Notes under the pieces: generated by a model | The model's database searches: none | Told to the model about the DNA's origin: nothing | The model's input: the letters and a program-made list of their open reading frames with translations, nothing else | Program-made: the position numbers and the translations under genes | Assembly: GCF_006345805.1 (NCBI RefSeq) | Contig: NC_043000.1 | Coordinates: 51,336,001-51,400,000, forward strand | DNA from: Octopus sinensis | Taxonomy: Eukaryota | Length of the DNA stretch: 64,000 nucleotides | Direction: 5' to 3' | In this document: piece after piece, positions 40,644 to 54,392 of the stretch | Layout of the letters: each line of letters opens with the position of its first letter | Numbering within the stretch: the stretch's first letter is position 1

Positions 40644-41035
40644 TCTTCATCTAATGTCCACTTTTCCATGTTTGCATGAGTTTGATGAAATTTGCTGAGT
40701 AGCTTTTTTATGGTCAGATGCCCTTCTTATAACCAACTCTTGCTTGTTTCCAAGTAAAGTAATACCTTCCATTCCCAGACATATTTTCATGGAAGGCTGG
40801 AATTGAACAGCATTGCTTGCATGATATTAATTTAAATATAAGGGTACACACACTCACACACGTGAATGATGGAGAGTTTTTTACAGGTTCCATCTACCAA
40901 ATCCAGCACTGCCCAAATCACAAGGCTTTGGTTAGTGCTGGATATAATGTTGGACATAGTAGAAGACACACCCAATGCAGTTGACATATGGCATTACATA
41001 GTTGGAAAGCAAGCTTCTTAGCCATGCAACACACC
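40644..41035 (-). mobile_element. Old SINE with a family-A-like head and an RTE/family-B-like tail
   Basis: Left part TAATGTCCACTTTTCCATGTTTGCATGAG...GGTCAGATGCCCTTCTT matches the family B tail. Right part TCTACCAAATCC...CACAAGGCTTTGGT...AGTAGAAGACAC matches the family A body. Confidence 0.55.
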
Positions 41036-41082
41036 TGCATTTGTGTGTGTGTGTGCACATGCACATATGTGTGTGTGTGTGT

Positions 41083-41125
<43 letters not shown>

Positions 41126-41830
41126 TATATATTCATCTTAGATTATAGTACTATATGTAGACCATTTGTATGAAAGTTTCCAACTACATACTATTATATT
41201 GTACGTGAATTCCAGTGTTCTTTCATTACTTAAAATTAGTAATGGTATTGTGCAGCCTCCAGACTTGAAACTTTTATTCCAGCCTCATCCATAATATCTA
41301 TCAGTGAATAACAATTAAGAAATTGAGTATAGCAAAGTGAATATTGTCATTGATGATGATAATGAGTTGATTACAATGGAAATATTTTAAAATAGAGAGT
41401 ATATTATCAAGTCTCCATAGTAATAGAAAATTAAGCCTTGTCCATTTGCAAAAATATTAGCACTAAATTTTAATGATACTGTCTAAAGCATAAAGAATAA
41501 ATTGATAATATCTCATAAATCAACAGCTAATGACTTCAGGTATTAACTGAAAGTAAAACATACTCACCAACTCATCTACTTTGAATAACATAATATATCA
41601 AGAGCAACTACTCACAATAATATTTGAAGTATATACTAATGGTATATTTTGCTTAGATACAGACAAAAATTATCATTTTGGTAGGAGAAAGTATAGTTAA
41701 TTGAATACATAGTAAAATATTATTGGTACTAATTTTTTTATTTTCTTGAATCCAAAAGAGTAAAAAGCAAGTTCAGTAAAGTCAAAGAAGATCTGAAACT
41801 TGGAACAAAGAAATAATTTTATGAATGAGA

Positions 41831-42048
41831 ATCATCATCATCATCGTTTAACGTCCACTTTCCATGCTAGCATGGGTTGGACGATTTTGACTGAGGGCTG
41901 GCGAGCCAAATGGCTGCACTAGGCTCCAATCTTGATCTGGCAGTGTTTCTACAGCTGGATGCCCTTCCTAACGCCAACCACTCCGACAGTGTAGTGGGTG
42001 CTTTTTACGTGCCACCGGCACAGGGGCCAGTCAGGCAGCACTGGCAAC
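41831..42048 (-). mobile_element. Family B retroelement, 5'-truncated, one internal unit
   Basis: (CAT)nCGTTTAACGTCCACTTTCCATGCTAGCATGGG...GGATGCCCTTCCTAACGCCAACC...GGTGCTTTTTACGTGCCACCGGCAC. Confidence 0.88.
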
Positions 42049-42510
42049 TGGAATATATAATATAATCAATGAGGGTATATAATATTTTGAGGAAACAACG
42101 AATACACATATTTTTTACATTCATATATTTTTAAGATTAAATTCAAAGGAATCTAAGGGGTCTATTATATACCTTTAGATTCCAACACTCTATTGCAGTT
42201 TACTGAACAAATTCAAAGTTTAGCTGCTTCATCAGTGTTCATAGATGGGCAATCAATGTGTCGTCTACAATTTTTAATGGAAGAAAACTTCCTGGTGTGC
42301 ATTGAATATACAATCATGAACTTCCAAATGATTGCTCTCTTTTCTGATAAGTACATCTTCAGAACAAACAACTGATATATGTATGTAAAGAGTACATACA
42401 TACATACATGCACTGATACACATGAACATATAAATGCATACACATCCATCCATGCATAGCTACATACATGTATATACATAGTGAAAATATTAACAAAGAG
42501 AACTCACACA

Positions 42511-42665
42511 GTAACTTAGCAGTTCGACAAAAAAGAGACCGATAGAATAAGTACTAGGCTTACAAAGAATAAGTCCTGGGGTCGATTTGCTCGACTAAAA
42601 ACGGTGCTCCAGTGTGGCCACAGTCAAATGACTGAAATAAATAAACGAATAAAAGAAAAGAATAA
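42511..42665 (+). mobile_element. SINE family A, 5'-truncated (3' part only)
   Basis: GAGACCGATAGAATAAGTACTAGGCTTACAAAGAATAAGTCCTGGGGTCGATTTGCTCGACTAAA...CAGTCAAATGACTGAAA. Confidence 0.88.
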
Positions 42666-43176
42666 GTAACATTGTCACACTTGTGCTGACGTGAATAACT
42701 GAATAAAAATTAAATGACTGTTTATTTATTTATTTATTTATTTATTTGAAAATAAATCTAGGACGTAAACTAAATTTTCCAAAACTATTCTCTCCGTAGT
42801 TACATAACTATCAAACCATTGTTTAAAAGAATAAATGGAAGATAAATTGAAATAAAAAGCAAATGTATTTCTGTAGTGTTACCTTATCTCAATATCTGTA
42901 AAAACTGCCCACATGGATGGACACACACACACGTACACACACAAATACACACACACACACACATACACACACACACAGTCGAGACAATTAAGAAGCAGAT
43001 AATGTAGTCATTTATTTTATTTCATGGGCTCTTTTCTCATCTAGAAGATATTGCAGCTATTATTTGGTTTTATCTCTTCCTATAAAAAAAAAATCTAACT
43101 ACTAAAATATAGGGAGATAATTTAATATTTTCTTCTTTTTTTTTTCTCCTTTATTTGTTCTTTTCATGAGATTTTT

Positions 43177-43560
43177 CTCTTTCACTCTTTTACTTGTTTC
43201 AGTCATTTGACTACAGCCATGCTGGTGCACTGCTTTTAGTCAAGCAAATCAACCCTAGGTCTTATTCTTTGTAAGCTTAGTACTTATTCTATCCGTCTTT
43301 TTTGCTGAACCGCTAAGTTACAGGGATGTAAACACACCAGCATCGGTTGTCAAGCAATGTTGAGGGGACAAATGCAGACACACACACACACACATATATA
43401 CATACATATATACGATGGGCTTCTTTCAGTTTCTGTCTACCAAATCCACTCACAAGGCTTGGTTGGACCAAGGTTATAGAAAACACTTTCCTAAGGTGCC
43501 ACAGAGTGGGCCTGAACCTGAAACCATGTGGTTGGTAAACAAGCTACTTACCACACAGCC
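43177..43560 (-). mobile_element. SINE family A, near full length
   Basis: Colinear with 875-1278. Confidence 0.9.
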
Positions 43561-44074
43561 AAATTTTTTAAGATTTATATTTATATGTTATTACATCTAT
43601 TTCTTCCCGAATAGTATGTTATAGAAGGAAATTATATATATATTATTTTGTAACTGTGTGGTGAGAATTTCTGCATTACCATATTTGCTATTTTAAGAAT
43701 TTATGTCTTTCCTCTTGCTAACTTACTAAACTGTCAAATAAGCATTGTAGGTGATGACTGTCAGGTAGACTGTAGCAAACACAATACCATTGTAAGTTGA
43801 GTTTCATTATTTATTTAGTCACTGACTTTATCTTCATGTTGCATATGTACCTTGAAAAGTCAGTTTGAGAAAACTCATTACTCTGAGCTATTTATATGGC
43901 AGAATCTGAATTCTGTATAGAAATGTTATAAAACACCTGTCTGTTTTGTACACGTGCTGCTTACAAGTCTTCCACTTAAGAGTTTTCAGTTTCTTGGACA
44001 CAACGTGAGGCATTCCTCATGAGGAGATACAAATGACCAAACTCTTAACTAGTTATTCAGTAATCTAGTGTCTT

Positions 44075-44393
44075 ATCTATATATTCTTTTATTCTATATA
44101 TTCTTTTATCTATATGTTCTCTTATTCTATATATTCTTTTACCTGTTTCAGTCATTTGACTGTGGCCATGCTGGAACACCACATTAAAGGATTTTAGTCA
44201 AAGAAATTGACCCCAGGTCTTATTCTTTGTAAGCCTAGTACTATCAGTCTCTTTTGCCGAATTGCTAAGTTACAAGGATGTAAACACACCAACATCAGTT
44301 GTCAAGCAATTGTGGGAGGACAAGCATAGACACAGACACACATACACATAAATATATACATATGTATATACACGATGGCTTCTTTCAGTTTTC
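44075..44393 (-). mobile_element. SINE family A, 3' two-thirds with a tandemly expanded tail
   Basis: Colinear with the 3' part of 875-1278, preceded by ~4 CTATATATTCTTTTA-like units. Confidence 0.85.
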
Positions 44394-46309
44394 CCTTCTT
44401 AATCACATATAACAGTTTTTCTGTAAAGATTTGATCTTATGATCATCTGGTCATGAGAAGTCCTGCACATGAACAATTGCTGTCTCCTGTTCATTAAAAT
44501 CATTTTAAGTTAGAAATACAAAATCTAAATAGTAGAAATCTTAGATTTCTAATTTTCCAATAATGTATGATTTTCTTTAAAATTTATACATATCGATCAA
44601 TACGATAGAGTATTGAATTTAATTAAAAGTATCTCAAAAGTTTTTCTTCTACTTCCTAAGAGAATAAATATAAGCAATAATACCAATTGTTTTTATTCAT
44701 TATTAAACATAAATTGTTTGACTTAACCGTTTCATCAGTGTTTTAAATTCTTACACTTCCAACATTTTGTTGTGAAGATATTAACTTGATGGAAATCATT
44801 TTACCAACTCACTGAATATTATAAATCATTACATTATCTCTCTTCTCTCTCCCACTTTTTTTTTTCTCTCTCTCTCTTTTATCTCTTTCTTATACACACA
44901 CACTCAACATTTTTTTCATCAAAATATTTATGCTTATGCCATGTATTGCTTTAACTCACATTATCATCTTTCATAAATTGCATTCTTCATATTATCATAA
45001 TAAACTTTGCATTATTCATTATACATAGATTTTATATGTAGTATTCACAATATTATTTGCAATTATCCCCATCACAGATTTTACATAGCATATACATCAC
45101 TATAGATACTGCAATTGTTAATTTTCATATTAACCGACATAATCCAGCAAGCAACTACACTACTCTACAGTGAGCATAATACACTATTACACATACTTTT
45201 AAATTTGCTCATTCCGATGCAATATATTAACATTGTATATTATTGTTATTTGAATCTTCGTCCAATATTTTTATCTCTAATTTATCCCTACTATATCATA
45301 TTGAGCTTTACTATTCCATACTCTACTGTGTGCCATGATACAAAAAATATTTTAGCAACACTATCTTTTTTTATATCTTAGATACGAGTGATAACTAGAG
45401 TAAATTTCTTGACTAACTAGAGTTATTCATGATTGAAGAGAAGGAAAAATATCAAATTGTAACATTTGTGGTTATTTCTTGGGGCATTCGATGCATAAGA
45501 TAAGTGAATTTTTTAAACTAGTAACTGAAAGTGGGTAACAGACTGTTTGCAAGAAGAAAAGCTTCTATGCTGCAAACACATACCACACTATATTACACCA
45601 GCATTCAATAATTCATATTACACTATATATCTCAATATAGCTGTTTATCATGTTATGTAATACCATTCTGCTTCTACTCAATCTGCTGGCAGTATATATC
45701 AGATAAGAATTCAGTTTTAATGCAAATCAGTGTGTGTGTGTACTAGTATTCTGTAACGTTATACACACACATACATGTATATGCAATATTTCCATAGTAA
45801 TACTTAGTTAATGTGTGTGGAAGGGAATTCAAACTATGTTCTTCATAGTACTTGAAAAATCAAATGCCTTATAAGTTCACATTTCAGTATCTCTAGAAAA
45901 GAAATTTAAATTTAACCCTATATATATATATATATTCCAAATATTTCACTTCTGTTTAAAGTTCTTATGTCATCTATAAAATTCATTATCATGTTTGTTT
46001 GTTTGTTTTTTTTATAAGTAAGATGCAAAATTGATTTATCACTTAGAATAATCCTTAGCATTGTGATATGACCATGTTGTAGTAGATTTTATCAGATGAT
46101 TTAAATTGCACTATCATCTAATACCATATATTATTCTTTATCTTAGCAAACCTTCAAAAATGATTTTCTGATAATTTTGAAGTTTGGTAATGAAAAATGA
46201 TCCAATTTTTGTCATACTGATTGTTAATTAAACCAACTAATTGATAATTCAGGATAAATGGGAGGATAAAATTATAATTTCTTAAAAATATGTACAAATT
46301 TGTGTGTGT

Positions 46310-46324
46310 ATAAACATATGTATG

Positions 46325-46358
<34 letters not shown>

Positions 46359-46370
46359 TGTATGTATGCA
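46310..46370. repeat. (TATG)n microsatellite
   Basis: Seen directly. Confidence 0.95.
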
Positions 46371-49019
46371 CTGTATGCACATTTTCTATATATAATTTTG
46401 AAGGTATTAGATATCTAATTACATTTTTAGAATCTTTTTTAATTAGCATTAAGATACTGCTGATATATATTAGTTGGATCGTTTGGATTTTGAGAAATTG
46501 ATGAGAAGAATGAGTTTTAAATATTAAAACCAGCAAAAACAAAAAAAAAATGCTTTTAGTAGGTGTTTTCTCATTGACTGACTCATAAGTTCACATATAA
46601 ACAGTTCATATATATATAAATATATATAGATAGCCTGTGCTGTTTAGATGAAAGAAAAAATCAGAGGAAAGAACAAACCCTTTGTCATTAGCAAAACAAA
46701 ATAGTTGTTAGACCCAGTTTAGTGTATTGATTATATGGGTGATAATGGAAAAAAACATGCTGCAGTGTGTGTGCTGAGAGAACTTAGAATTTCATAGAAA
46801 CTTAGAGGGAATGGTATTTTTGGAAGGTACCAAAATCATTGTGATCTTGAAGTGAGAGCTGATGAAGGAATCTAAAAAGTGTTTTAGAATGTCAGTTATA
46901 TGTAATATATGTAAAAATCAAGTGTGTTATCAAGTATCATTTACAACACATACATCAGATGATTTTCTTTTAAAATTTCTTAGAAATTTGGTAATTTGTA
47001 ACCAGTTGAATTGTTTAGGTTTAATGTTAATATTTTAATGGGAAAACAAATGATATGTAGCTTTAGTGTGGGACAGGTTTCATAGAAACTTCATACATTT
47101 ATTGATGGTGTTACTTTGATCAGAATTGACCATGTCCTTAGCTTTGTGTATTTATTCCGAAAATGCATTCTCAAAGCACCATACTATTTTCCTCAGAGCT
47201 GGTGATGAAATTTACAGTTGTGATGATGCAAATAAGATTTATGAGGATATTGCATGAAACTTATATCTATTTTTGTTTCTAATGGACTTAGAAAGAGAAT
47301 TGTCTGTTTTCTGTAATATAGTAGGCATGCCTTGACAACATAGTCAATGTGTTCAGTAAAACTTCTAATCTATTTCTATACAAATACACACTTTATTCAT
47401 GTTCCACTCATTGAATAGCGAGAGAAATATCACAAGTGTGGCTGTGCATGACTTCTATGTATGGATTCGTAATAGTTGTTGTCAAATGTACACACACACA
47501 TTCGTGTTTCTTTCCTATTTGAATATCTCTTTTTGTGTGCAGGCATAAGTTGGCTATAGCAATAGTATGACATCTTTATTCTCTTATAACTTAAACAGAA
47601 CAAATAGACTTTAAAACTAGAGGGAAATATAATAAGGAAGAAATTAAATGTAAATATGCATTGTCATAGTAACTACATGGACATATTTCCTTTAGTGGTG
47701 TTGTTTATCTTTAATTTCTTCTGTTTTATCATCAGAATGACTTCCAAATATTATTTCCCTTGAAACAACTCAAAACCTTTTAATGTCAATAACAGAAATT
47801 TATACTGTTGTACTCAAATCATGAGGGTTTTTTTTTTCTCATTATTTCTTCATCCATTTTTTTTTTTTTTGTAAATGGATATTGAGAAAATTCCAGCAAA
47901 GAAACTTATTTAGGTTATATGTTTTCCTTTGTCTTCTTTTGTTTTTACTCTTGTTTTGCTATTGGAGATCTATTGTAAAATATTTTACAGTAAGAAAATA
48001 AGAAAACAGTTTTTTATTTACAATGCTGCTGTTAATTATTTTGTATTGTATTTTCTTGTGTGTTTCACAAATAAAATATAGCAACATAAAAAGAATTAAA
48101 TTTATAGTTGGCTATTATGGTGTATTGGTAATGGCACAAATTGCCTCCTATGTTCTGCATTTTAAACATTTTGAGTTCATATAACAATACATACGACATT
48201 AGTCAAAATAACTCCTGGGATCAAAGCATTTAGTGATAGAATTGATAACAACTAAGAGCTTGATATTGGCACTTGGTATTACTAACCACTTCACGGATAA
48301 ACTAGTGTTGAAAGTGGGGGCATTTACTCAAATGGAAGGTCATGGGAATTTCAGGATATATTGATTCATTCTTTTCAACTGTCTTATACTGTTTCATAGA
48401 CACTACATGTTTTACCTTTTTATTATTTAAACAGTTTACGTATGTATGTATAGAAATGTATGCTCCTTTCCATTGCATGCTTCTTTAGATGTTCTGTATT
48501 GTGTTGTATTTTCTACTGTCTCTTTGTTGTGTAAGAGAGGAAGGGGAGAATCAAGATACAAGTCTGTGTCATGAAATAAGGTAAACTCTAATATTTTTGG
48601 CTGGCCCAACGACAAGTTTTGTCTGAACTGCTGGAATCACCTTTCCGAATGGCACCCAAATATATTCAATTTTACCACCTATATCAACTGATATTTACTT
48701 TTTACTGATACACACCATTATTAGTTTCCATGAACTACATATTACTCTTCTCACACACATACAAAAAAATAAAATAAAACATTACTGCATTATTTCCCTT
48801 TCAAATGCATTTTTTCATGTAGTGTGAACTTCCAATATCCATGCCTCATGTGCATGGAATCTTTTTCACTCTGTATTTTTTTTTTTGTATTCAGTTTATG
48901 GTGAGTGTCTTACCTGATATGTGCGATGCACTTTGTCATATTCTTATTGTTGTTTAAGCAAATTTGTGACACTTGGAAATTTTTTAAATATATTTCTTCA
49001 AACACACACACAAGCACAT

Positions 49020-49113
49020 TTATGTATGTATGTATGTATGTATGTATGTATGTATGTATGTATGTATGTATGTATGTATGTGTGTATATATGTATATGTG
49101 TATGTATGTTTGC

Positions 49114-49142
<29 letters not shown>
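49020..49142. repeat. (TATG)n + (TA)n microsatellite
   Basis: Seen directly. Confidence 0.95.
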
Positions 49143-49145
<3 letters not shown>

Positions 49146-51377
49146 TCTCATACTATTAGCATGGGGATACATTACTATTCCATTATCATTGTTATGTCTA
49201 CTGGGATCTTTCAAAAGCATTTTAGATTGATTTTTGGGTTTTTATATCATAGTAACTTTTTTTTCCAAGAAATGTTCTGGTCAAAAAAGACATCTTTTTG
49301 AGCTTGGTCTGGAATAATGCTGTGTGGTTTACCAAGTAGACATTCGTTCTTAGCTTAAATATTATTTTCTATTCATTGCTGATAAATTAGTTTAGATTTG
49401 CTTTCAACAGATGTGGGTGTACACAAAAGCAGAACATCAATTCTCAGGTGCCATGTCGGTGCCTAACTTGGAATTGGTTACATCAGTACTTTACATATAA
49501 TGCAATCTGCAGTGTACTCGTGTAACCATTTACTAATAATTCAATCTCATTGAGTGAAAGTAAGTTACCAAGAAGTTGAGTCATATTTGAAGATATTTTT
49601 TTTCTGCTTTTATTTTTTCATGAAAAGCATAAATATTGGCAGCATGCTGTTGCAACTTACAGTTTCTTCTTCATTGTGACCTTGAGCCTCATTCAGATGT
49701 TGGAAACAAATATTTTAAATATATTTTTACCATACTGCAGTAATATTAGCAAAACCAAGTACTAGCAATGCAAGCAGTACCATAATACATGAATACACAA
49801 GAATATTGGCAATAACACAGTCTCTTCTTCCTCTTTCTTGAAGATCTAAATTTAATTAGAAAATTTAATAATCATCACAATACTACTACTAATAATATAT
49901 TTAAGATCTGACACAAAATGTCACATTATTGTATTTCCATTTAAGCTTCCTATCATTTAAACTTTCTTGAGGTTGTATTCATTATCTCAAGTCATTATTA
50001 ATACACAGCTTTAGGTATAACTACATGCTGCATTGTCTTTGAATCCTTATAATAATTTATTGGCTATAGCTATCTAGAAATTTGGCTCAAATTACTCATG
50101 CTGCAATTTTAGTAAGATCTTATAAATCCATTATAGCTATTTAGAATCTTTGCTCAAATTGATTACAATAGTGAGAATCTCTCCAATAAAACCTTATAAT
50201 GTCTATAACTTAGCTATTTAGAACACTGGCTTCAATAAAAGACACTTTAAAGTAGGACCTTTTCTTTCTGGAAAATATTCTGTTAAAGCCAAATTATTAG
50301 ATAATGTTTCATCTCATAATTTCTACAGAAATTTGGTTTGATTTTAATCAATTAATTCTGCTGACGCATCAGAAAATTTGCAAAATAGCACTTTCAGCAA
50401 GTTCTCGCTGAATCATTTTATTTGGGTTTTATTTTGAACTTTTATGATCTTTTATTTAACTTATTCATTGTATTTATCATCATTATTATTATTTATACTT
50501 CCATATTTGTGGCTGTTATGTCATTCATAAAGGGTGTAGCATTATCATTAGAATGTAATAAGCAGTATGATATCTTTAATTCACTCCTAGCAGTTTTGGA
50601 ATGTATTTATGAAAATGTTGAGGGTTTTGTTATATGAACATTATATTAAAAAAGTCTGAGGGTAGTAGATGATACTTAGTTATATCTTTTCATCTGCTAA
50701 GCCCAAATCCCATTGAAGTTGTCTTTCCATTTTATCCCTTCAGGAATGATAAAATAGTCACCAGCCAAAGACAGGAATTGATTGTTAACTATACTCCTCT
50801 TGAATAACTGTGCTAATTATTATAAGAAGTGTAAAGAAATGTCAAAAAAATAATAGCAGCCCTTTTAGACATTGTTTCCTTCTTCTATTTTCCAAGTCCT
50901 AATCCAGCTGAGGTTCAATTTATTTTATATTCTGTTTATGTCAGTAATTGAATTCTGTTAATTTTGCCTGTTCTTATGTCAATGGAAGAAATCTCTGTTA
51001 GAGACAGAATTCCTCATGAGCATTGCTTGTAATCAGGTTTTAAACTTGAAGTCATTTATTCTCAAATATATTTATTTACCATAGCTTGTATGTCAAAAGT
51101 GTTCATGTATACAATGCACACATGTGCACACCTATATACATGCACAATTATACATACACCCACTATAGGAGAAGTGAATAATTTATTTTTGATATTTTAA
51201 ATAATGCTTATTTCAAAGAAGTACAAAATAGCCACCTACATATTACAATTTGTTTTGAATTTTTTTCCTTAATAATGTTTTCAATAATCTAGTTGCATCT
51301 TCTATAATGAGACTAAACAATAATATTGCTTCTTCAAGATTCTTAATAGAACTTTAATGTTATTTATATAAAATGAA

Positions 51378-51782
51378 CTCTCTTTTACTCTTTTCACTCA
51401 TTTGACTGTGGCCATGCTGGAGCACTGCCTTTAGTCCAGCAAATCGACCCCAGGACTTATTCTTTGTAAGCCTAGTACTTATTGTATCGGTCTCTTTTGC
51501 TGAACCGCTAAGTTACAGGGACGTAAACACACCAGCATCGGTTGTCAAGCAATGTTGGGGGGGAGGGGCAAACACAGACACACAAACATATACACACACA
51601 CACACACATATATATATATACACACAACAGGCTTCTTTCAGTTTCCGTCTACCAAATCCACTGACAAGGCTATGGTCGGCCTGAAGCTATAGTAGAAGAC
51701 ACTTGCCCAAGGTGCCACGCAGTGGGACTGAACCCAGAACCATGTGGTTCGTAAGCAAGCTACTTACTACACAGCCACTCCT
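51378..51782 (-). mobile_element. SINE family A, near full length, with a probable decayed TSD
   Basis: Colinear with 875-1278. Flanks TATAAAATGAACTCTC (left) and TATAAATGAAATCTCTC (right) resemble a target duplication. Confidence 0.9.
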
Positions 51783-52410
51783 ATAAATGAAATCTCTCTC
51801 TGCCACACAAAAAACAAACTAATATCATGGGATCTAGCTAAAGAGGCAATTATTTCACTAGTAACTAATCTAGTCTTTAGTTAGAAAGTGTTCATTGTGC
51901 GACTTCTGCTTATGTAAGGTAAAATAGATTGCTACCTAGTTTCTTTGAAAAGCACATGATGATGTTCATTTATTGCAGAGATATATTGCTCAGGAAATAT
52001 CTTAAGGCAGAATTTGGTGTGGTAACTTTGGCTTGCACTTTGTGTGAGTGCACAAACATGCATGTATAAACAGTTGCTAATTCTCTCATTTGGTGCAAAG
52101 AGCTTTACACATACAATTTGTATTAATGTGAAAATCTGAGAAATGTATAAGTAAATCAAGCCATAAGCACCATTTCTTTTCTTTTGCATGCACACACAAA
52201 CCTCTCTATATGTGTGTGTGTGTGAGTGTGTGTGTGTTTGTGTGTGTGAGAGTGTGTGTGTATGTGTGTGTGTCACTGTTTATGTATGCATGTGTAGAAG
52301 TATGTGTGGCAGCAGTCACAGTTACAATATTTGTAGTAGTGTTGCAGTTGTGCTGCTGCTGCTGCTACTACTACTAATACTACTACTACTACTACTAATA
52401 ATAATAATAG

Positions 52411-53095
52411 TGATTTCAAATTTTGTCACAAGGTCACCAAGGATGGGGTAATTCAATTACATTGGCTCCAATGCTCAACTGGTATTATTATATCAACCTG
52501 AAAGGATGGAAGGCAATGTTGGCATCAGCAGAATTTGAACTCTGAACATAAAAATGAAATGCTGGTGGACATTTTGCCCAGCATAGTAAATATTCTGCCA
52601 GCTTGCTGCCATAATAATAATAATAATAATAATGATGATGATGATGATAATAATAATGCTGATGATGATGAATTGTAACATAGGCACAGAAGCAGAAATT
52701 ATACTGGAGGGAGCAGCTGATTATACTGAAATCCAGCAGTTGACTTGTACATATTTTTCACTCCCAGAAAGATAAAAGTTGACCTTACTAACTGTTATTT
52801 GAACTCAGAACATGCATTTCTTGCAATTGCTCACAGCTACAAATTTGTGTGCAGAAGTTAGCCAATTAAAAATCAGCTGCAATACACGACTCAAATGCAT
52901 TTTATTAACCTCAAAATATTGGAGAGAAGAATGTAGTTAATTAAATCTACCTAACATTTGCTTGGTCCTCCTTTTGCTGACTGTGGAAGCATGAAATTCA
53001 AAGCTAACCTTGACAGGATATGAATTTAGAATGTAAAGAACTGTAATTAAATATTTCATGGCATTCTGTATAGTGTTCTAACAACTCAGCTAATC
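52411..53095 (-). mobile_element. Cluster of ~3 SINE family C copies in (TAA)n/(TGA)n context
   Basis: 52411-52610 has AAAGGATGGAAGGCAATGTTGGCATCAGCAGAATTTGAACTCTGAAC...TTCTGCCAGCTTGCTGCC; more degenerate copies lie at ~52675-52812 and ~52930-53092. Confidence 0.7.
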
Positions 53096-53333
53096 AACTG
53101 CTATGAAATAACAATGAAATACCTACAGTCGATGAGAATTCATACTGTTGAACTAGTTGCCTTGTGTCAACTACATCTACATGTCTTAACTCAAACCTCT
53201 TCATTCTCATATACTGTATATTCACACATATACACATATATATATGTGTGTGTGTAAATATACATACATATACACACACATTTTTTCATATATATGTAGA
53301 TAAATACATATATACATATATGAATATATGTCT

Positions 53334-53726
53334 AGGAGTGGCTGTGTGGTAAGTAGCTTGCTAACCAACCACATGGTTCCGGGTTCAGTCCCACTGCTTG
53401 GCATCTTGGGCATGTGTCTTCTGCTATAGCCTCGAGCCGACCAATGCCTTGTGAGTGGATTTGGTAGGCGGAAACTGAAAGAAGCCTGTCGTATATATGT
53501 ATATATATATATGTGTGTGTGTATGTGTTTGTGTGTCTGTGTTTGTCCCCCTAGTATTGCTTGACAACCGATGCTGGTGTGTTTACGTCCCCGTCACTTA
53601 GTGGTTCGGCAAAAGAGACCGATAGAATAAGTACCGGGCTTACAAATAATAAGTCCCGGGGTTGATTTGCTCGACTAAAGGTGGTGCTCCAGCATGGCCG
53701 CAGTCAAATGACTGAAACAAGTAAAA
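53334..53726 (+). mobile_element. SINE family A, near full length, young
   Basis: AGGAGTGGCTGTGTGGTAAGTAGC...GGGTTCAGTCCC...CAGTCAAATGACTGAAACAAGTAAAA; reverse complement of the 875-1278 element. Confidence 0.92.
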
Positions 53727-53786
53727 TATACATATATATATATATATAATAATAAATATTAGGGAATAAATCCAAATTGTCTCGAA

Positions 53787-53830
<44 letters not shown>

Positions 53831-54344
53831 TTATATGTGTGTGTGTGTGTGCGCATACATACAAATATACACATATGTACAGGTATACACACACACATAC
53901 ACTCATATAGATAATAGATTATATAAATACTGAAGATGCAGTCATGTATGATAGTTATTAATTTACCTATAAATCAGTGAACAATTCTTAAATTTACTTT
54001 AATTTGAAGATAGACTAAATTCTATGTGTAGTAATACAATTATTGGAGTGGTGTATATCACTATACATTTATGTGTGTATGTGTGTGTGTATGTCTGTAT
54101 GTACATATTGATATGTTTGCGTATATATATATGGATATATACATATGTATATATCCATATATATGTATATATGTATGTGTGCATATATATATATATATAT
54201 ACATGCTTGTAAGTGTATATATATGCATACATGTGTATGTAGCTTATATGTAATTTGTATGTAATATAATGTAAATAAATATTTTGTATATATATATATA
54301 ATATATATACACACACGTGTATGCATGTATATATATTCATTCAT

Positions 54345-54392
54345 ATCATCATCATCATCATTTAACGTCCGTTTTCCGCACTAGCACGGGTT
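54345..54392 (-). mobile_element. Family B extreme 3' stub
   Basis: (CAT)nTTAACGTCCGTTTTCCGCACTAGCACGGGTT. Confidence 0.75.

Noticed and set aside
49411-49447. Good acceptor (TTTGCTTTCAACAG) followed by a short phase-compatible open frame (CGCTQKQNINSQ)
   Set aside because: The donor GTGCCA is poor and the peptide has no CUB similarity; not distinguishable from a pseudo-exon.
53334-53405. tRNA gene
   Set aside because: A/B-box-like motifs are present, but it is a SINE head continuing into the SINE body, with no convincing cloverleaf or terminator.
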